Below are positions 45,473-55,807 of a DNA stretch of 64,000 bases, piece by piece. Source of the stretch: a virus (taxonomy: Duplodnaviria; Caudoviricetes); the IMG/VR virus record IMGVR_UViG_3300011862_000001, positions 32,001 through 96,000 of that record. One strand, given 5' to 3'. Position 1 is the first letter of the stretch; each line of letters begins with the position of its first letter. The position numbers and the translations under genes are program-made. Below the pieces are notes generated by a model that searched no databases, was not told where the DNA came from, and saw nothing but the letters and a program-made list of their open reading frames with translations.

Positions 45473-46153
45473 ATGGGCATGAATACTGAACTCTTTAACA
45501 ATAAATGGTGCTATCCGCAGACTGAGCCGGATAACCAGGGAAAAACCCGTAAGCTGGGTATCGAACCAAACTTCTTCAAAGATAGCCAAGACTGCGAAGG
45601 GCTGAAATTCAGCTACTCCTTTGGCAAAGGCGAAGGGTTGTACTATAACGCTAACCCAGAAATTAGCCAGGCTATCTTGGATGCCCTGCGTGATGTGTTG
45701 CGTAAGTCTGAGAAGGACGTTATCACTATCGGTAACACCTCCGGTAACCGTGGCACCATTAGCATCTCCGTCGGTCGTGGTGATGATCTGGTACCGTTTA
45801 TCGCGATCTCAGGCGAAATTAACGGCCAGCGTCGTAGCAAGAAATTCTTCTTCCCGATCCCGAAAGGGTATATCATCAGCCGTAATGGTCAACCGATCAG
45901 CGATCTGGAAGCAGCTGAACGTATGGCGCGTGTCTTTACTGAACGCTACAGCAAGTTCCAGGAGTGGTTAGACAATTCCTATAAAGCCAAAGTGTGGAAC
46001 CCGACTGGCGGTGGTAACCCAGGCCGTGGTGGCTATAGCGGCGGCGGCCAAGGCGGTGGTGGTAACAATAACTACCAAGGCGGCAATAACAACTATCAAA
46101 GTGGTGGTGCAAGCCAACCGACGGCTACTGATAACTTCGACGACTTCGTGTAA
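45473..46153 (+). CDS. chmC: Probable ChmC, the nucleus-associated Whirly-like nucleic-acid-binding protein
   Basis: Directly upstream of the gp68-like gene; Gly/Asn-rich low-complexity tail (GGNNNYQ twice) with an acidic tip. Confidence 0.65.
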   Translation: MGMNTELFNNKWCYPQTEPDNQGKTRKLGIEPNFFKDSQDCEGLKFSYSFGKGEGLYYNANPEISQAILDALRDVLRKSEKDVITIGNTSGNRGTISISVGRGDDLVPFIAISGEINGQRRSKKFFFPIPKGYIISRNGQPISDLEAAERMARVFTERYSKFQEWLDNSYKAKVWNPTGGGNPGRGGYSGGGQGGGGNNNYQGGNNNYQSGGASQPTATDNFDDFV

Positions 46154-46225
46154 CCGTAACGTTCCCGCAGGGTTTTCCCTGCGGGAATACGCCTGACTGA
46201 TCCCAGGCATATCGTACGGAATTTT

Positions 46226-46247
46226 AGATAGATATTATTTTAGTGAA
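46226..46247 (+). promoter_or_regulatory. Class-1 promoter
   Basis: Identical to 2353-2374. Confidence 0.7.
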
Positions 46248-46274
46248 TATAACTCTGTCGGAGCACTGACAATA

Positions 46275-47900
46275 ATGAAAATTGAAAAATATAAAGAGTC
46301 GGCCACCATCACTCACAATGACCAAACCATTGTGTTCGATGGCTTTCCGACCATCCGCAAGCCACAAGGCCCGGAAGTACGCGACGCTCACGGTAAGGTC
46401 ATTACGCGCGATCATCTCCTGTTCAGTGAACTTAATCATTACTGGGCACAGTTGTCCTCAGCGGCACAGGACGAAATCTTTGAAGCCTACACGTTCTTGA
46501 AAGCGATGGACGGTGAAAAAGACGATGTGTTACGTGAACACATGCCCAAGGTGATGGCGGTACTCGCCAAGCACCACACGTTGGAAGGGTTTATGAAGTT
46601 GTATCCCATCCACAAAGTGTTTATCCCAGAGAAGCTGCATACGTCGTTTAACGACATGTCGCCGAACTATACCGAGGCAATGACCTATATTGTCCCGGAC
46701 TATTATCAGCTGTTGATTCTGACGCTGATGGTGAAACCGTTTATGCCTGCTTTCGCTGTGCTCGGCGCATTCATTGGCGGTAAAGGGTTGTCACAAGAAT
46801 CCAAGCGTAAGGTGGTGTACAACATCAACCTGGCGTTTGAGATGCTGGCCCAAACTGAGGTGCTAAACCCAGCAGCCCTCACCAAACTGAGCTTGTTCTT
46901 AAGCAGCTTAGTCGAGAAGTTCCAGAAGGAGTTCGCCAACCGTTCGAACGGAACCAGCCTCGCGGTCCTCGCGTCGGTGTGCGGTTACGGGTCGGATATG
47001 CTGGACGAGTACCTGCTGGCACTGACCGTGATACGTATCCTCGCCCTGCGCCCAGGCTTTGCGGATTACCCGGATGGTCGCATGGAAGATAATTCTATTG
47101 TCTCCAGCATCTATTTTGGCATTAAGTCCGAAGTAGAGAGCGGCTTTGCTGGACGTATCTCTGGACAAAGTGTGCTGATGAAGCAACACCCGACCTCGGT
47201 GGTGTTCAACGGTGAGAAAGGTAAAGTCAGTGCGATTGATATCGTCACCGCGCGCAGTATTGCGCCGATGAAAGAACCAATCCGTACTGGGGTCGCTTTC
47301 CTTAATTACCGCCGCTTTATTAAATCGGCCAATCTCGATATGCCCCCTGCCGATGTCAAAGTGTTGATTGACTCGATGGTGGCGAACCACACCGGCGTAA
47401 CGTACGAACTGCATGAGTGGCTGACTGCGGCTGCCCTGCATCGTTATACCGAACACCGTTCTTTTAAGGACGTTGACCCCGATAAGTTCCCGTGGGGTAT
47501 GGCAATTGCTCAAGCTATCTATCTCAACTACGGCATGTACGAAGTTGCCCAGTTGTTGAGCTGTGAAATGCGTCCCGGCAATATCAGTGGTCATCCCATT
47601 GAGCCTATCGACAATGAAGTGAAAATATCTGTAGATAGATATTATCCACAGGCATACCGTCCTAATCGTAATCAGGATACTCAAAGCGTTGTACGTACAT
47701 CACTGGACCTTTTGGTGCGTAACCATATCAGTCCGTACTACTTCCATCTGAAAGCGACACCGGATGCGGCAGCCTTGCTGCACTGTGCACCCGATATTCC
47801 AGAGTACCGTCCTGGCGGGCGTATTCTGACGCAGTTAACAGAGTTTCTCGGCATTCAGGCGCGGGGCAAACTCAAAGAAGTTGAATGGTTCAACCAATAA
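46275..47900 (+). CDS. nvRNAP promoter-specificity subunit (phiKZ gp68-like)
   Basis: 541 aa; LFSELNHYW...Q..IF..Y N-terminus; synteny in the nvRNAP block. Confidence 0.7.
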   Translation: MKIEKYKESATITHNDQTIVFDGFPTIRKPQGPEVRDAHGKVITRDHLLFSELNHYWAQLSSAAQDEIFEAYTFLKAMDGEKDDVLREHMPKVMAVLAKHHTLEGFMKLYPIHKVFIPEKLHTSFNDMSPNYTEAMTYIVPDYYQLLILTLMVKPFMPAFAVLGAFIGGKGLSQESKRKVVYNINLAFEMLAQTEVLNPAALTKLSLFLSSLVEKFQKEFANRSNGTSLAVLASVCGYGSDMLDEYLLALTVIRILALRPGFADYPDGRMEDNSIVSSIYFGIKSEVESGFAGRISGQSVLMKQHPTSVVFNGEKGKVSAIDIVTARSIAPMKEPIRTGVAFLNYRRFIKSANLDMPPADVKVLIDSMVANHTGVTYELHEWLTAAALHRYTEHRSFKDVDPDKFPWGMAIAQAIYLNYGMYEVAQLLSCEMRPGNISGHPIEPIDNEVKISVDRYYPQAYRPNRNQDTQSVVRTSLDLLVRNHISPYYFHLKATPDAAALLHCAPDIPEYRPGGRILTQLTEFLGIQARGKLKEVEWFNQ

Positions 47901-47911
47901 GGAGTATTATC

Positions 47912-49618
47912 GTGCTTTTACAAACCCTTGACATTTTCCCGGTCTATGAAGTTCCAGAGCAAATCCGTCGCCGTATTGATATCAACGGCACTACCGGTTC
48001 CCTTACCGAGCTTGCGGATATCGTAGCCCAGAAAGGCCAGTCTGCCACCGGCACGATGGAGTATCAGTCCGCTCTGTCAGGTGTGGTTGGCTTTGACCCG
48101 AAAAAAGACGGGTTCGAGCGCCCGTTGATTAATATCTCCGGTGATGACAAGTACGTCGCGCAGTTCAAATACGAATCGCGTGACACCGGTGTGTTTAACT
48201 TCGTGATGGTGTTGGTTGCCAATCCTATCAACGAAACCCGTTCGCAGGAAATGCGCTACGTGGTCACCGGTTATACCTCACAAGCCGAAGCGTCGCTGCT
48301 CGGTACCTTGCCGGAAGATATGGTGTTGTTCATTAACGACATCTTCGGGATTCAGACCTCGTATACCCGCAACAGCATGGGTGAACGTGTGGTCAACCCG
48401 AACGGCTTTATCATGGTCGACAACTATGTGCTATCGCGTGCACTGGCTGCCGGGGAGTATCAAGAAGCGAGCATCAACGCGATTAACATTACCAAGTCTG
48501 CGGACATGGTGAAGAAGCTGAACCTGGCTAATAACGAGCAGATTCATCTGACTGACGACACGCTGTTTGCGCCGGTGTCTTCTGTTACCCCAACCCTGTT
48601 GGCCGGTAACTTAACCCAGCCCACGAACTTCGTGACCGCTATCAGTAACTCTTATCTGAAAACCATGGGACGCGATGAGTCGCTGAATATGGTGGACAGC
48701 TTCTTCGAAGGTACCGGTGGTTCCTCTGTGGAGCAAGAGTTGCAGTCCATGGGTGTGGTGCGACAGTTCACCAACTACGAGCTCATCAAATCATTCCGCC
48801 AGGCATTGAACAACGCGACCGGCAACAGCCAGGAAGGTTGGAAGATATCTCAGCGGGCGAACTTCCGTCTGCGTGATTTGCGTGCAGCACTGTCCAATAG
48901 CTTTGATCTGGATAACATGTTGAGCCGTTCCTTGGCGATTCATCGCCGTAGCGGTTTAGGCCAGATTGAGCAAACGGATAACTGGGTAGGTAATCGTGGC
49001 TATTCTGTCGCCGGTTCATTGGTGGCGTACGATCTGGCAATGCAGTTGGGTGCGATTCTGTCGCGTGCGCTTATCGGTCGTGTGAGCTTTATGTTTGACA
49101 ACCGTGACGCGGACTTCACCCAACGTCCGGTACTGAACGTGTATGAGAACTCTGTGTCATCGTTAAGCGATGCGCAGCTCACTCGTGCACTGGCCGAGCG
49201 TTTCCACAACGATCTGCATAGCCTGTTCGTGAAGGTCAGTAAACATAACCATCTTCGTTTCTCCATGCATGTGGTTGCGATTCTCGGGTCGGTTACCCGT
49301 ATCGAAGTCACCATGGAAGGCGAGCTGCAAAAAGAGTTCTATACGTTTGCCGGATTTATGTCCTCACGTCTGCATGGCGGTAACACCACCAGTCTGGCGT
49401 ATGCAGGTAAACTGGCACAACAGACCAGCCTGTTGATGGAAGCGATAGAGAATGGCTTTGGTAGCTTTGAGAACAATCGCGGTGTTGAGCGCTTGAAGTC
49501 CAACATCCCGTCCCAACCAAATGGACTGACGGGCAATTCTCTTATTGACAGTATCGATATCCCATCTGACTTCTCTGGTCTGGGCGGGTTAGGTAAACGT
49601 AATAGCCTCCTGGATTAA
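47912..49618 (+). CDS. picA: Probable nuclear import factor PicA/Imp1 (phiKZ gp69-like)
   Basis: GTG after AAGGAG; about 568 aa directly after the gp68-like gene; RYVVTGYT motif. Assigned by synteny. Confidence 0.6.
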   Translation: MLLQTLDIFPVYEVPEQIRRRIDINGTTGSLTELADIVAQKGQSATGTMEYQSALSGVVGFDPKKDGFERPLINISGDDKYVAQFKYESRDTGVFNFVMVLVANPINETRSQEMRYVVTGYTSQAEASLLGTLPEDMVLFINDIFGIQTSYTRNSMGERVVNPNGFIMVDNYVLSRALAAGEYQEASINAINITKSADMVKKLNLANNEQIHLTDDTLFAPVSSVTPTLLAGNLTQPTNFVTAISNSYLKTMGRDESLNMVDSFFEGTGGSSVEQELQSMGVVRQFTNYELIKSFRQALNNATGNSQEGWKISQRANFRLRDLRAALSNSFDLDNMLSRSLAIHRRSGLGQIEQTDNWVGNRGYSVAGSLVAYDLAMQLGAILSRALIGRVSFMFDNRDADFTQRPVLNVYENSVSSLSDAQLTRALAERFHNDLHSLFVKVSKHNHLRFSMHVVAILGSVTRIEVTMEGELQKEFYTFAGFMSSRLHGGNTTSLAYAGKLAQQTSLLMEAIENGFGSFENNRGVERLKSNIPSQPNGLTGNSLIDSIDIPSDFSGLGGLGKRNSLLD

Positions 49619-49627
49619 GGATAAATA

Positions 49628-50980
49628 ATGCACATCATTAGCTTCTACCAGTCTCAGCTGGAATCGTTGGGCTACGCGCGTGACGGCGATCTGCTGGTTT
49701 ACGCACAAGACGGTACGCCCGCCTACTTTACGTACAATAAAGAGAAGCGCCGCTTGGCGCTTCCTACCAGCGCCATGATCCGCAAGGGCATGGAAGATAC
49801 CAATGGCAACGAATGTCATGCGTATCACCCGCTGTGTGAGTCGGTGTTGCAGGGTGAATCCGGTACCATCCGCTTCTTGAAGAAAGCCATTCGCAATAGC
49901 CTGTGGTGTCGCAGTATGGAACTGATTGATGCCATCATGGAGATTTCCGCGTCTGGTAAATCTATCCGTGCAGCGGCGTACAAGAAGTTCATGACCGAAG
50001 TGATCTGCGAAGGCATCAAAGAGCCGAAGCTTGATGAAAAGCTCAAAGCCAGTTGGGTTGCGCTCAGTAATCATGTCGAATCCACAACGGATGTTAAGAA
50101 GCGTACCAATCTGTTTATCGCCTCTGACATGTCCGTTGACGGCTCCAAGTACGTGCGGGTCGCCAACTTCAAGCACATGTTTGAAGAAGAGACCCTGGAT
50201 GACACAGCGACTTACTTCGGTGTCAAGTTGAACCGTAAGCAAGACAAAGTGATTATTCATCGTCTGCTGATGGCGGTGTTCGGCTGGTATCCAAGCCTGT
50301 GTGGTTCCAATGACAACCGTCCGTACTTCGGTTGCCTGGCACGCGGTTGGGCGCAGTATGTGGTAAACTACAACCAGATTGTCAAGGGGCTGCGTGAACA
50401 CACAGCGCTGAAAACACTCAGTGATGAATGGATTGGTCAGCTGGACTCGTTGTCGCAATACGACAACGTGATTCAGACCCTGCCGTTCAACACCGGTTCG
50501 CAGTCTAAAGAACCGGGTCAGGATACCACCAAGCAAGAGTACCGCATTAAAGCACAACCGGATACGACACCGACACAGCGTTTTGCCTCGAAGGAAAACG
50601 ATGAGCCGAAAGACGAGCTGGATGCGTTCTTTAAGAAACGTCTGGGCACTAGCGATCGCAGTGGGCGTGTGAACATTGCAGCGCTGCCGTTGGTGCAACA
50701 GCAAGCGCTTCAGAAATACGGACAGCTTATCAGTCCGCAGTCTGAAGGTCCAAGCGTGATGGAACTGTCATTGGTGAAAACCCATGGCGGTCGCAAAGCG
50801 CAAAGCGTGCTGGGAACCATGTCGGAACTCACTGCTGCTACACAACAGACCGGTAACTCGCTGTTAGATGGCGGTGGTCCACGTCTGGCGGGTCTCGGCG
50901 GTGGTAATAACGGTCTGCTGAACACCGGGCCGCAGTTGGGTCCGATTAACGGTGGTACCAAAGACGGTTACCACTGGTAA
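49628..50980 (+). CDS. Conserved protein (phiKZ gp70-like)
   Basis: 450 aa; YHPLCESVLQGES motif; low-complexity C-terminus. Confidence 0.65.
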   Translation: MHIISFYQSQLESLGYARDGDLLVYAQDGTPAYFTYNKEKRRLALPTSAMIRKGMEDTNGNECHAYHPLCESVLQGESGTIRFLKKAIRNSLWCRSMELIDAIMEISASGKSIRAAAYKKFMTEVICEGIKEPKLDEKLKASWVALSNHVESTTDVKKRTNLFIASDMSVDGSKYVRVANFKHMFEEETLDDTATYFGVKLNRKQDKVIIHRLLMAVFGWYPSLCGSNDNRPYFGCLARGWAQYVVNYNQIVKGLREHTALKTLSDEWIGQLDSLSQYDNVIQTLPFNTGSQSKEPGQDTTKQEYRIKAQPDTTPTQRFASKENDEPKDELDAFFKKRLGTSDRSGRVNIAALPLVQQQALQKYGQLISPQSEGPSVMELSLVKTHGGRKAQSVLGTMSELTAATQQTGNSLLDGGGPRLAGLGGGNNGLLNTGPQLGPINGGTKDGYHW

Positions 50981-50990
50981 AAAAATAAGA

Positions 50991-51021
50991 GAAAGAAGGG
51001 ACCGAGGTCCCTTCTTTTTTT
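50991..51021. terminator. Bidirectional terminator
   Basis: AAGAAGGGAC-CGAG-GTCCCTTCTT between convergent genes. Confidence 0.8.
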
Positions 51022-51022
51022 C

Positions 51023-51343
51023 TTACAATATCGTGTTCAATACCTCATTCACCGCGAGTGCTGACGGAACTATCAGGGTCTGGTATTTCTCCGCACTGAA
51101 TTGCAGCGGTTCATCGATCCGGTTTAGCAACATCACCGGGTAAACTTGAATGGGGTCGAGATCGATTAAATTACAGTAGGCGTAAAAGTTATGTACCTCA
51201 GGCCAGGCAAACTCCGGGTTAATCGGCACAATCCGGGTGTCTGGGTGCTTGCGCAGATACTCGGTGTGGTCGCGCAACACTCGGCGTTTGGTACTGTCCA
51301 CTGAAGGCACAACTTCAGCGAGGGTGATGAATTTGTCCAGCAT
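51023..51343 (-). CDS. Small conserved protein, possibly LysM/T4 gp53-like baseplate protein
   Basis: 106 aa with GAGGAG RBS; MLLNRIDEP..F...LIVP pattern. Confidence 0.5.
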   Translation of the reverse strand: MLDKFITLAEVVPSVDSTKRRVLRDHTEYLRKHPDTRIVPINPEFAWPEVHNFYAYCNLIDLDPIQVYPVMLLNRIDEPLQFSAEKYQTLIVPSALAVNEVLNTIL

Positions 51344-51360
51344 AAGCTCTCCTCGAAAAG

Positions 51361-51386
51361 ATTACGAATATATATTATCCTGGTGG
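51361..51386 (+). promoter_or_regulatory. Class-1 promoter
   Basis: ATTACGAATATATATTATCCTGGTGG. Confidence 0.6.
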
Positions 51387-51410
51387 AGTAACCAAAAGGA
51401 GTATTAATCA

Positions 51411-53627
51411 ATGAGTACACCGGTACAACTTGTCGGGTCGCACGCAGACCGGGAAACTACCTCACCAGAGCAATCCGGTGCCCGTGCATCAATGGTAGGT
51501 GGGCATATGAAATCGGCAGCGCCGATTGACCATCCCCAACCCACGTTGCATTTTACGGGTGCTGATGTTAACTACCACGATATTGTCTTTAATGACATCG
51601 TGGAAGATTCGGGTACCGTATGCGTTTATAACGATCGGGGTGTCCATAAACGGGCAGTGTTTACTCGTCATTCGCGAGTGGGTCACACTGTGCCTCTAGA
51701 GCATGCCATCTTTTTCCGCCGTAGCGAAACCAGCGCGGCAATGCACCATAAACCGGTTATCGATCTCATCGAGATCAACCACTATACTTCTCACGATAAC
51801 GTCTTTACTTCAGAGAAGCGCACTACCGATAAGCTGCGGGCCATTATCCGTGGTGAAACCTCGGTACTCGATAAAGACGAAATCCTCACCACCATGAACT
51901 GCCTGAAAGATGGCGAGTTCGTCGATGGGGTTAATTTGCCGACGGTGACGATATCCCACCCGGACATTATTGAGGACTCCTATACCATTTCCGAAACGGC
52001 CGCATCGTTGATGCACGCCTACGGTTTGAAAACCATCGAGCTGGTGTTACGCGAAGATGAGTTCTTGCTTGACATCTACGGGACGGATACCCCAGACGGA
52101 CGTCGCCCACAATACTTCCCAGAAGTAGGCCAGGCGATTCGTGACGATGGCTTAGTGATTGCTGCCCGCCAATATGACCCGCTGTATGCGGCGATTAATG
52201 CGAGCATCGGTGAATGTCAACACGCGTCACCGTTCTACGATCACTGCGAGTATGTGGATGCTGACCCGGCACACTACCAGAACCCACAACCGGATAACGG
52301 TTCGCGGGTGGTGGATATTCAGGTCTGGCGTAACGAAACAGAAATCCACAACGGCGTTAACAATATCCGAGCCACCGAAGAAAACAAAACGGTACTCGAC
52401 CAATATGCGTTAGGCCAAAAGCTGTACTACCGGGAAATCGTTCGTTTCTTCTTCTTGATGAAAGACGATGTGGTGTGGACACCGAAAGCCGGGGAGTTTC
52501 TGGAGAAAGCCTTTGCATCGGAAACCCATGAGGTGTACGCCGAGTTTCGTAATGAGATTCGCGAAGTGGTGGATGCCGCTGTGCGTCGTGGTGAATATAA
52601 GCGTACGGATCTGGACAGTAAAATCCTGAACCGTCTTAATTCCCCGGTTGAGCGTTCGCTGCGTGATACCATTAAAACCTACACCATTCGTTTAGTGGTG
52701 CGTTATCCGATCCCGGTGACGGTCTCTTCGAAAATCACTGACCGCTCCGGTACCAAAGGTATCGTCGGTAATGTGCTGCCCGATGAGAAAATGCCGATTA
52801 ACGAGTTTGGTCAACGGGTGCATGTATTGCGTTCCATGAACGCCGTACCGCGCCGTTCAACGTATTCGGGGCTGTTCCACATGTATTGGTCTGCCGCGTC
52901 TGAACAGTTGAAGATGCGTCTCAAGCCGATGTTGGATGAAGGCAAGGTGGATGAATGCTTTGAGATCCTGCTAGACTATCTGGCGTGCTACAATCCCGAT
53001 TGGGCGAATGTGGTTATGCAAGATAACGCCACGCCGGAGCGTAAGCGTGAACTCTTCGAGGAGATTTACGATTTCAGTATCCGCATCTGGTTACCGCATG
53101 AGCTGCCTAAGAGCTCGGTGGAACTGGTGAAGGCACTGGAGGAGAAATACAAGCCGAAGAAATCCAAGCTGCTGCTCACCAACTACGACGGCGTTCAAGA
53201 ATGGACCAAGAACGAGTTCTACGTGGGCTTTGTCGAAACCTTACGTCTGGATAAAACCGGTCGTGAGTTCTCCTCGATATCGTCGATGTACACCAACTAC
53301 TTGGGGATGATTGATGCGTCGAACCAGGGTCGCGGATCGTATCCGATTAACTACTCAGCGAAGAAGTGGGGTGGCGAAGCGGAGCACCGTCTGTGCGATG
53401 GGTACGGACTGGGTATGTTTGATGAGGTACACAACCGCTCAAACTCACCGGATGTCCACCGTCAGATTGTTGAAGGGATGTACAATTCCCCGACGCCGTC
53501 TAACCCAGGTGTGCTGGTTGACCGTGCGAAGTACCCGCTTGGGGATTCGCAGGTTGACCGAATGATTGACAATATTCATCGCTGTGAAGGCTTGATATTG
53601 GTAAGACCGGAACGGGAGGATAATTAA
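51411..53627 (+). CDS. nvRNAP beta subunit, C-terminal part (phiKZ gp71-73-like)
   Basis: IEDS, SKITDRSGTKGIV, MP and KWGGEAE match beta-subunit motifs; uninterrupted here. Confidence 0.85.
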   Translation: MSTPVQLVGSHADRETTSPEQSGARASMVGGHMKSAAPIDHPQPTLHFTGADVNYHDIVFNDIVEDSGTVCVYNDRGVHKRAVFTRHSRVGHTVPLEHAIFFRRSETSAAMHHKPVIDLIEINHYTSHDNVFTSEKRTTDKLRAIIRGETSVLDKDEILTTMNCLKDGEFVDGVNLPTVTISHPDIIEDSYTISETAASLMHAYGLKTIELVLREDEFLLDIYGTDTPDGRRPQYFPEVGQAIRDDGLVIAARQYDPLYAAINASIGECQHASPFYDHCEYVDADPAHYQNPQPDNGSRVVDIQVWRNETEIHNGVNNIRATEENKTVLDQYALGQKLYYREIVRFFFLMKDDVVWTPKAGEFLEKAFASETHEVYAEFRNEIREVVDAAVRRGEYKRTDLDSKILNRLNSPVERSLRDTIKTYTIRLVVRYPIPVTVSSKITDRSGTKGIVGNVLPDEKMPINEFGQRVHVLRSMNAVPRRSTYSGLFHMYWSAASEQLKMRLKPMLDEGKVDECFEILLDYLACYNPDWANVVMQDNATPERKRELFEEIYDFSIRIWLPHELPKSSVELVKALEEKYKPKKSKLLLTNYDGVQEWTKNEFYVGFVETLRLDKTGREFSSISSMYTNYLGMIDASNQGRGSYPINYSAKKWGGEAEHRLCDGYGLGMFDEVHNRSNSPDVHRQIVEGMYNSPTPSNPGVLVDRAKYPLGDSQVDRMIDNIHRCEGLILVRPEREDN

Positions 53628-55765
53628 TGGAAGGTCGTGCGGTTCATGTTCGCGAGTTGCGTAATCTTGACTCGAATAAAGTCTGGCGGCTTCGCGGTCG
53701 ATATGAAGTGACGTTTGATGACGGTGTGACGGTACCCATGTCTGGCCGCCACATCAAACTGAGCTGGCCTTATTGGGGCCTGTCGCGCTTCTATCCACAA
53801 ATCCCGACCCCACACACCCTGTGCTATAAGCGCGGCGGTGAATGGTCGACTGATGACCGGCATCTCGATTTGATGTCTGAGGCATCGGTACTGGCGCGTG
53901 AAGTGGGTATTCCCTTAGCGGATACCCGCTACCTGCTCAGTCAGCACATCTATGCAGATGCGTTCAACCTGACGGTGAAGAACCTGCTCTCGTATTGTAC
54001 GACGATTGACGTCGATACGTTGTTGCAGATTTACGACCACCCAAGCTATCAGATTATCAATGAGTGGATGAAACAGTATCCTACCGGGTACGACGCCGAA
54101 GGAACTGACTACGTCGATAAGGCGTATGAAATCATCGACGAAATCATTCGCTCACCGGAATTGTTTGGTAACCCGCTGGCGATGTCAGTGGTGGATCAGA
54201 CGCTGAAGCTTGATCAGGTACTGCAAGCCTTTGTGCGCGGTAAAACCTCAGAGATTGATTCGCGTGTCTATACCAACCAGGTATGGGAAGGCTTCTTTAC
54301 GGGACTGAACACGGTTATCAGTCGTTTGAAAGAAGCCGGGGCAACATCACGTTCGCACCTGTATAACACCGATAAGATTGCCGAAGCAGAATACGGTTCT
54401 CGTAAGTTGCAGCTGGCGGCTAACGTGTTGACCCATTTCACGTTAGACGATTGCGGTACCCCACACGCTCACCGCTTTACCTTCCGTGATAACAGTGATG
54501 ACCGCGCGAAGTATCAGGCGATGGTTGGCATGCGTTATCGCTTCGAAGGGGAAACGGGTCCATGGCGGGTATTCGAGAAAGATATCGGTGAACGGGATGC
54601 TGAGGGCAATGTCCTGACCCCGCAGTTCGATTCGGTGGTCGGTAAGCCGTTGTTGTTCCGTACCGCGATGTGTTGTCTGCATATGCGCAAGCAAGGTGTT
54701 TGCGCCGTGTGCATGGGCGATCTCGTTTATAACCTGTCTGAGAAAACCTCACCGGGTCACCTGGCCTCCACCTCCATCTCGGAGAAAGGTACCCAGGGGA
54801 TTCTCTCCACCAAACACCTGGACTTCTTGCGTTATCTGTTCAAGCTTGTGATCTCGGGCCGTATCGGCGCGTTCTTCACTGAGCACGAACGGGGATCGGA
54901 GAAAGGGTTACGGTTAAAAGAGAAACCGGAGTTCGGTAACTGGGACGAATACGTGTTGGTAGTAAACGACAAGCTGCACTCTGAACTGAGCCAGGTGGCC
55001 TATTATGAAAACCTGGAAGACGTGGATGAAACCAGCCTGCCGGATATTACCGATGTGACCTTTAGCCGCATTAACAAAGACGGTGACGTCATTGGCGGGG
55101 AATCACTGGACGTTCGCATGGGTGTCTGCGGGAACTTCTCCAAACAGTTCCTGGCGTTTTATGTGAAGGTACGTGATAAGGTCAAGTTCGTCCGTAAGGG
55201 TGAGATTCGTATCCCATTAGCCGGGTGGAAAACCAAACAACCGTTCCTGGTCTACACCAACCGTTCTGAATCGATGGCAGAGTTCGTAGCCGGTCTTGAG
55301 ACCAAACTGCGTTCGGTGGCTGCCGATAAGAACGAAGACCCAATTGATTTCACCACCGATGCGACGGTGAAGATGAATAAAGACGGTCGGGTGAAAACCT
55401 TGACGCTTGTCGAGATGGGGGGTTCTACCGAAGCGCAGTGTACCTATGCGCTGTTCGATACGTTCCGTTACATCAAACGTAAGCTCAAAGGGATACCGAT
55501 GACGCATGTGGGGATTATGTTAGCCATCTCCCGTGTGGAATCACCCACCAACCCGTTCCCTGCCGCTGGCTTTGACAGTGAGGAGGCAACCGGAGTAATG
55601 GGTAAACGGTTCTTGGACCACAACACCTTGATTGCGATTCGTTCTGCGGCTCCGATGTTGTTCTTCCAGGGCCAGCAAGACAATCTCAACCAACCGGGGT
55701 TCTACACGAACCGCAAGGTGCCGGCATCGTTGTATGACGGGTCATTCAAGACACGCTTGCATTAA
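53627..55765 (+). CDS. nvRNAP beta' C-terminal subunit (phiKZ gp74-like)
   Basis: DCGT, RTAMCC...GVCAVCMG Zn site, and TQGILSTKH trigger loop. Confidence 0.88.
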   Translation: MEGRAVHVRELRNLDSNKVWRLRGRYEVTFDDGVTVPMSGRHIKLSWPYWGLSRFYPQIPTPHTLCYKRGGEWSTDDRHLDLMSEASVLAREVGIPLADTRYLLSQHIYADAFNLTVKNLLSYCTTIDVDTLLQIYDHPSYQIINEWMKQYPTGYDAEGTDYVDKAYEIIDEIIRSPELFGNPLAMSVVDQTLKLDQVLQAFVRGKTSEIDSRVYTNQVWEGFFTGLNTVISRLKEAGATSRSHLYNTDKIAEAEYGSRKLQLAANVLTHFTLDDCGTPHAHRFTFRDNSDDRAKYQAMVGMRYRFEGETGPWRVFEKDIGERDAEGNVLTPQFDSVVGKPLLFRTAMCCLHMRKQGVCAVCMGDLVYNLSEKTSPGHLASTSISEKGTQGILSTKHLDFLRYLFKLVISGRIGAFFTEHERGSEKGLRLKEKPEFGNWDEYVLVVNDKLHSELSQVAYYENLEDVDETSLPDITDVTFSRINKDGDVIGGESLDVRMGVCGNFSKQFLAFYVKVRDKVKFVRKGEIRIPLAGWKTKQPFLVYTNRSESMAEFVAGLETKLRSVAADKNEDPIDFTTDATVKMNKDGRVKTLTLVEMGGSTEAQCTYALFDTFRYIKRKLKGIPMTHVGIMLAISRVESPTNPFPAAGFDSEEATGVMGKRFLDHNTLIAIRSAAPMLFFQGQQDNLNQPGFYTNRKVPASLYDGSFKTRLH

Positions 55766-55768
55766 CAC

Positions 55769-55795
55769 AGAGGGGCCAGGTGCCCCTCTTTTTTT
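55769..55795 (+). terminator. Intrinsic terminator
   Basis: AGAGGGGC-CAGGT-GCCCCTCT followed by a T run. Confidence 0.75.
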
Positions 55796-55807
55796 GTAGA
55801 GGGGTAT

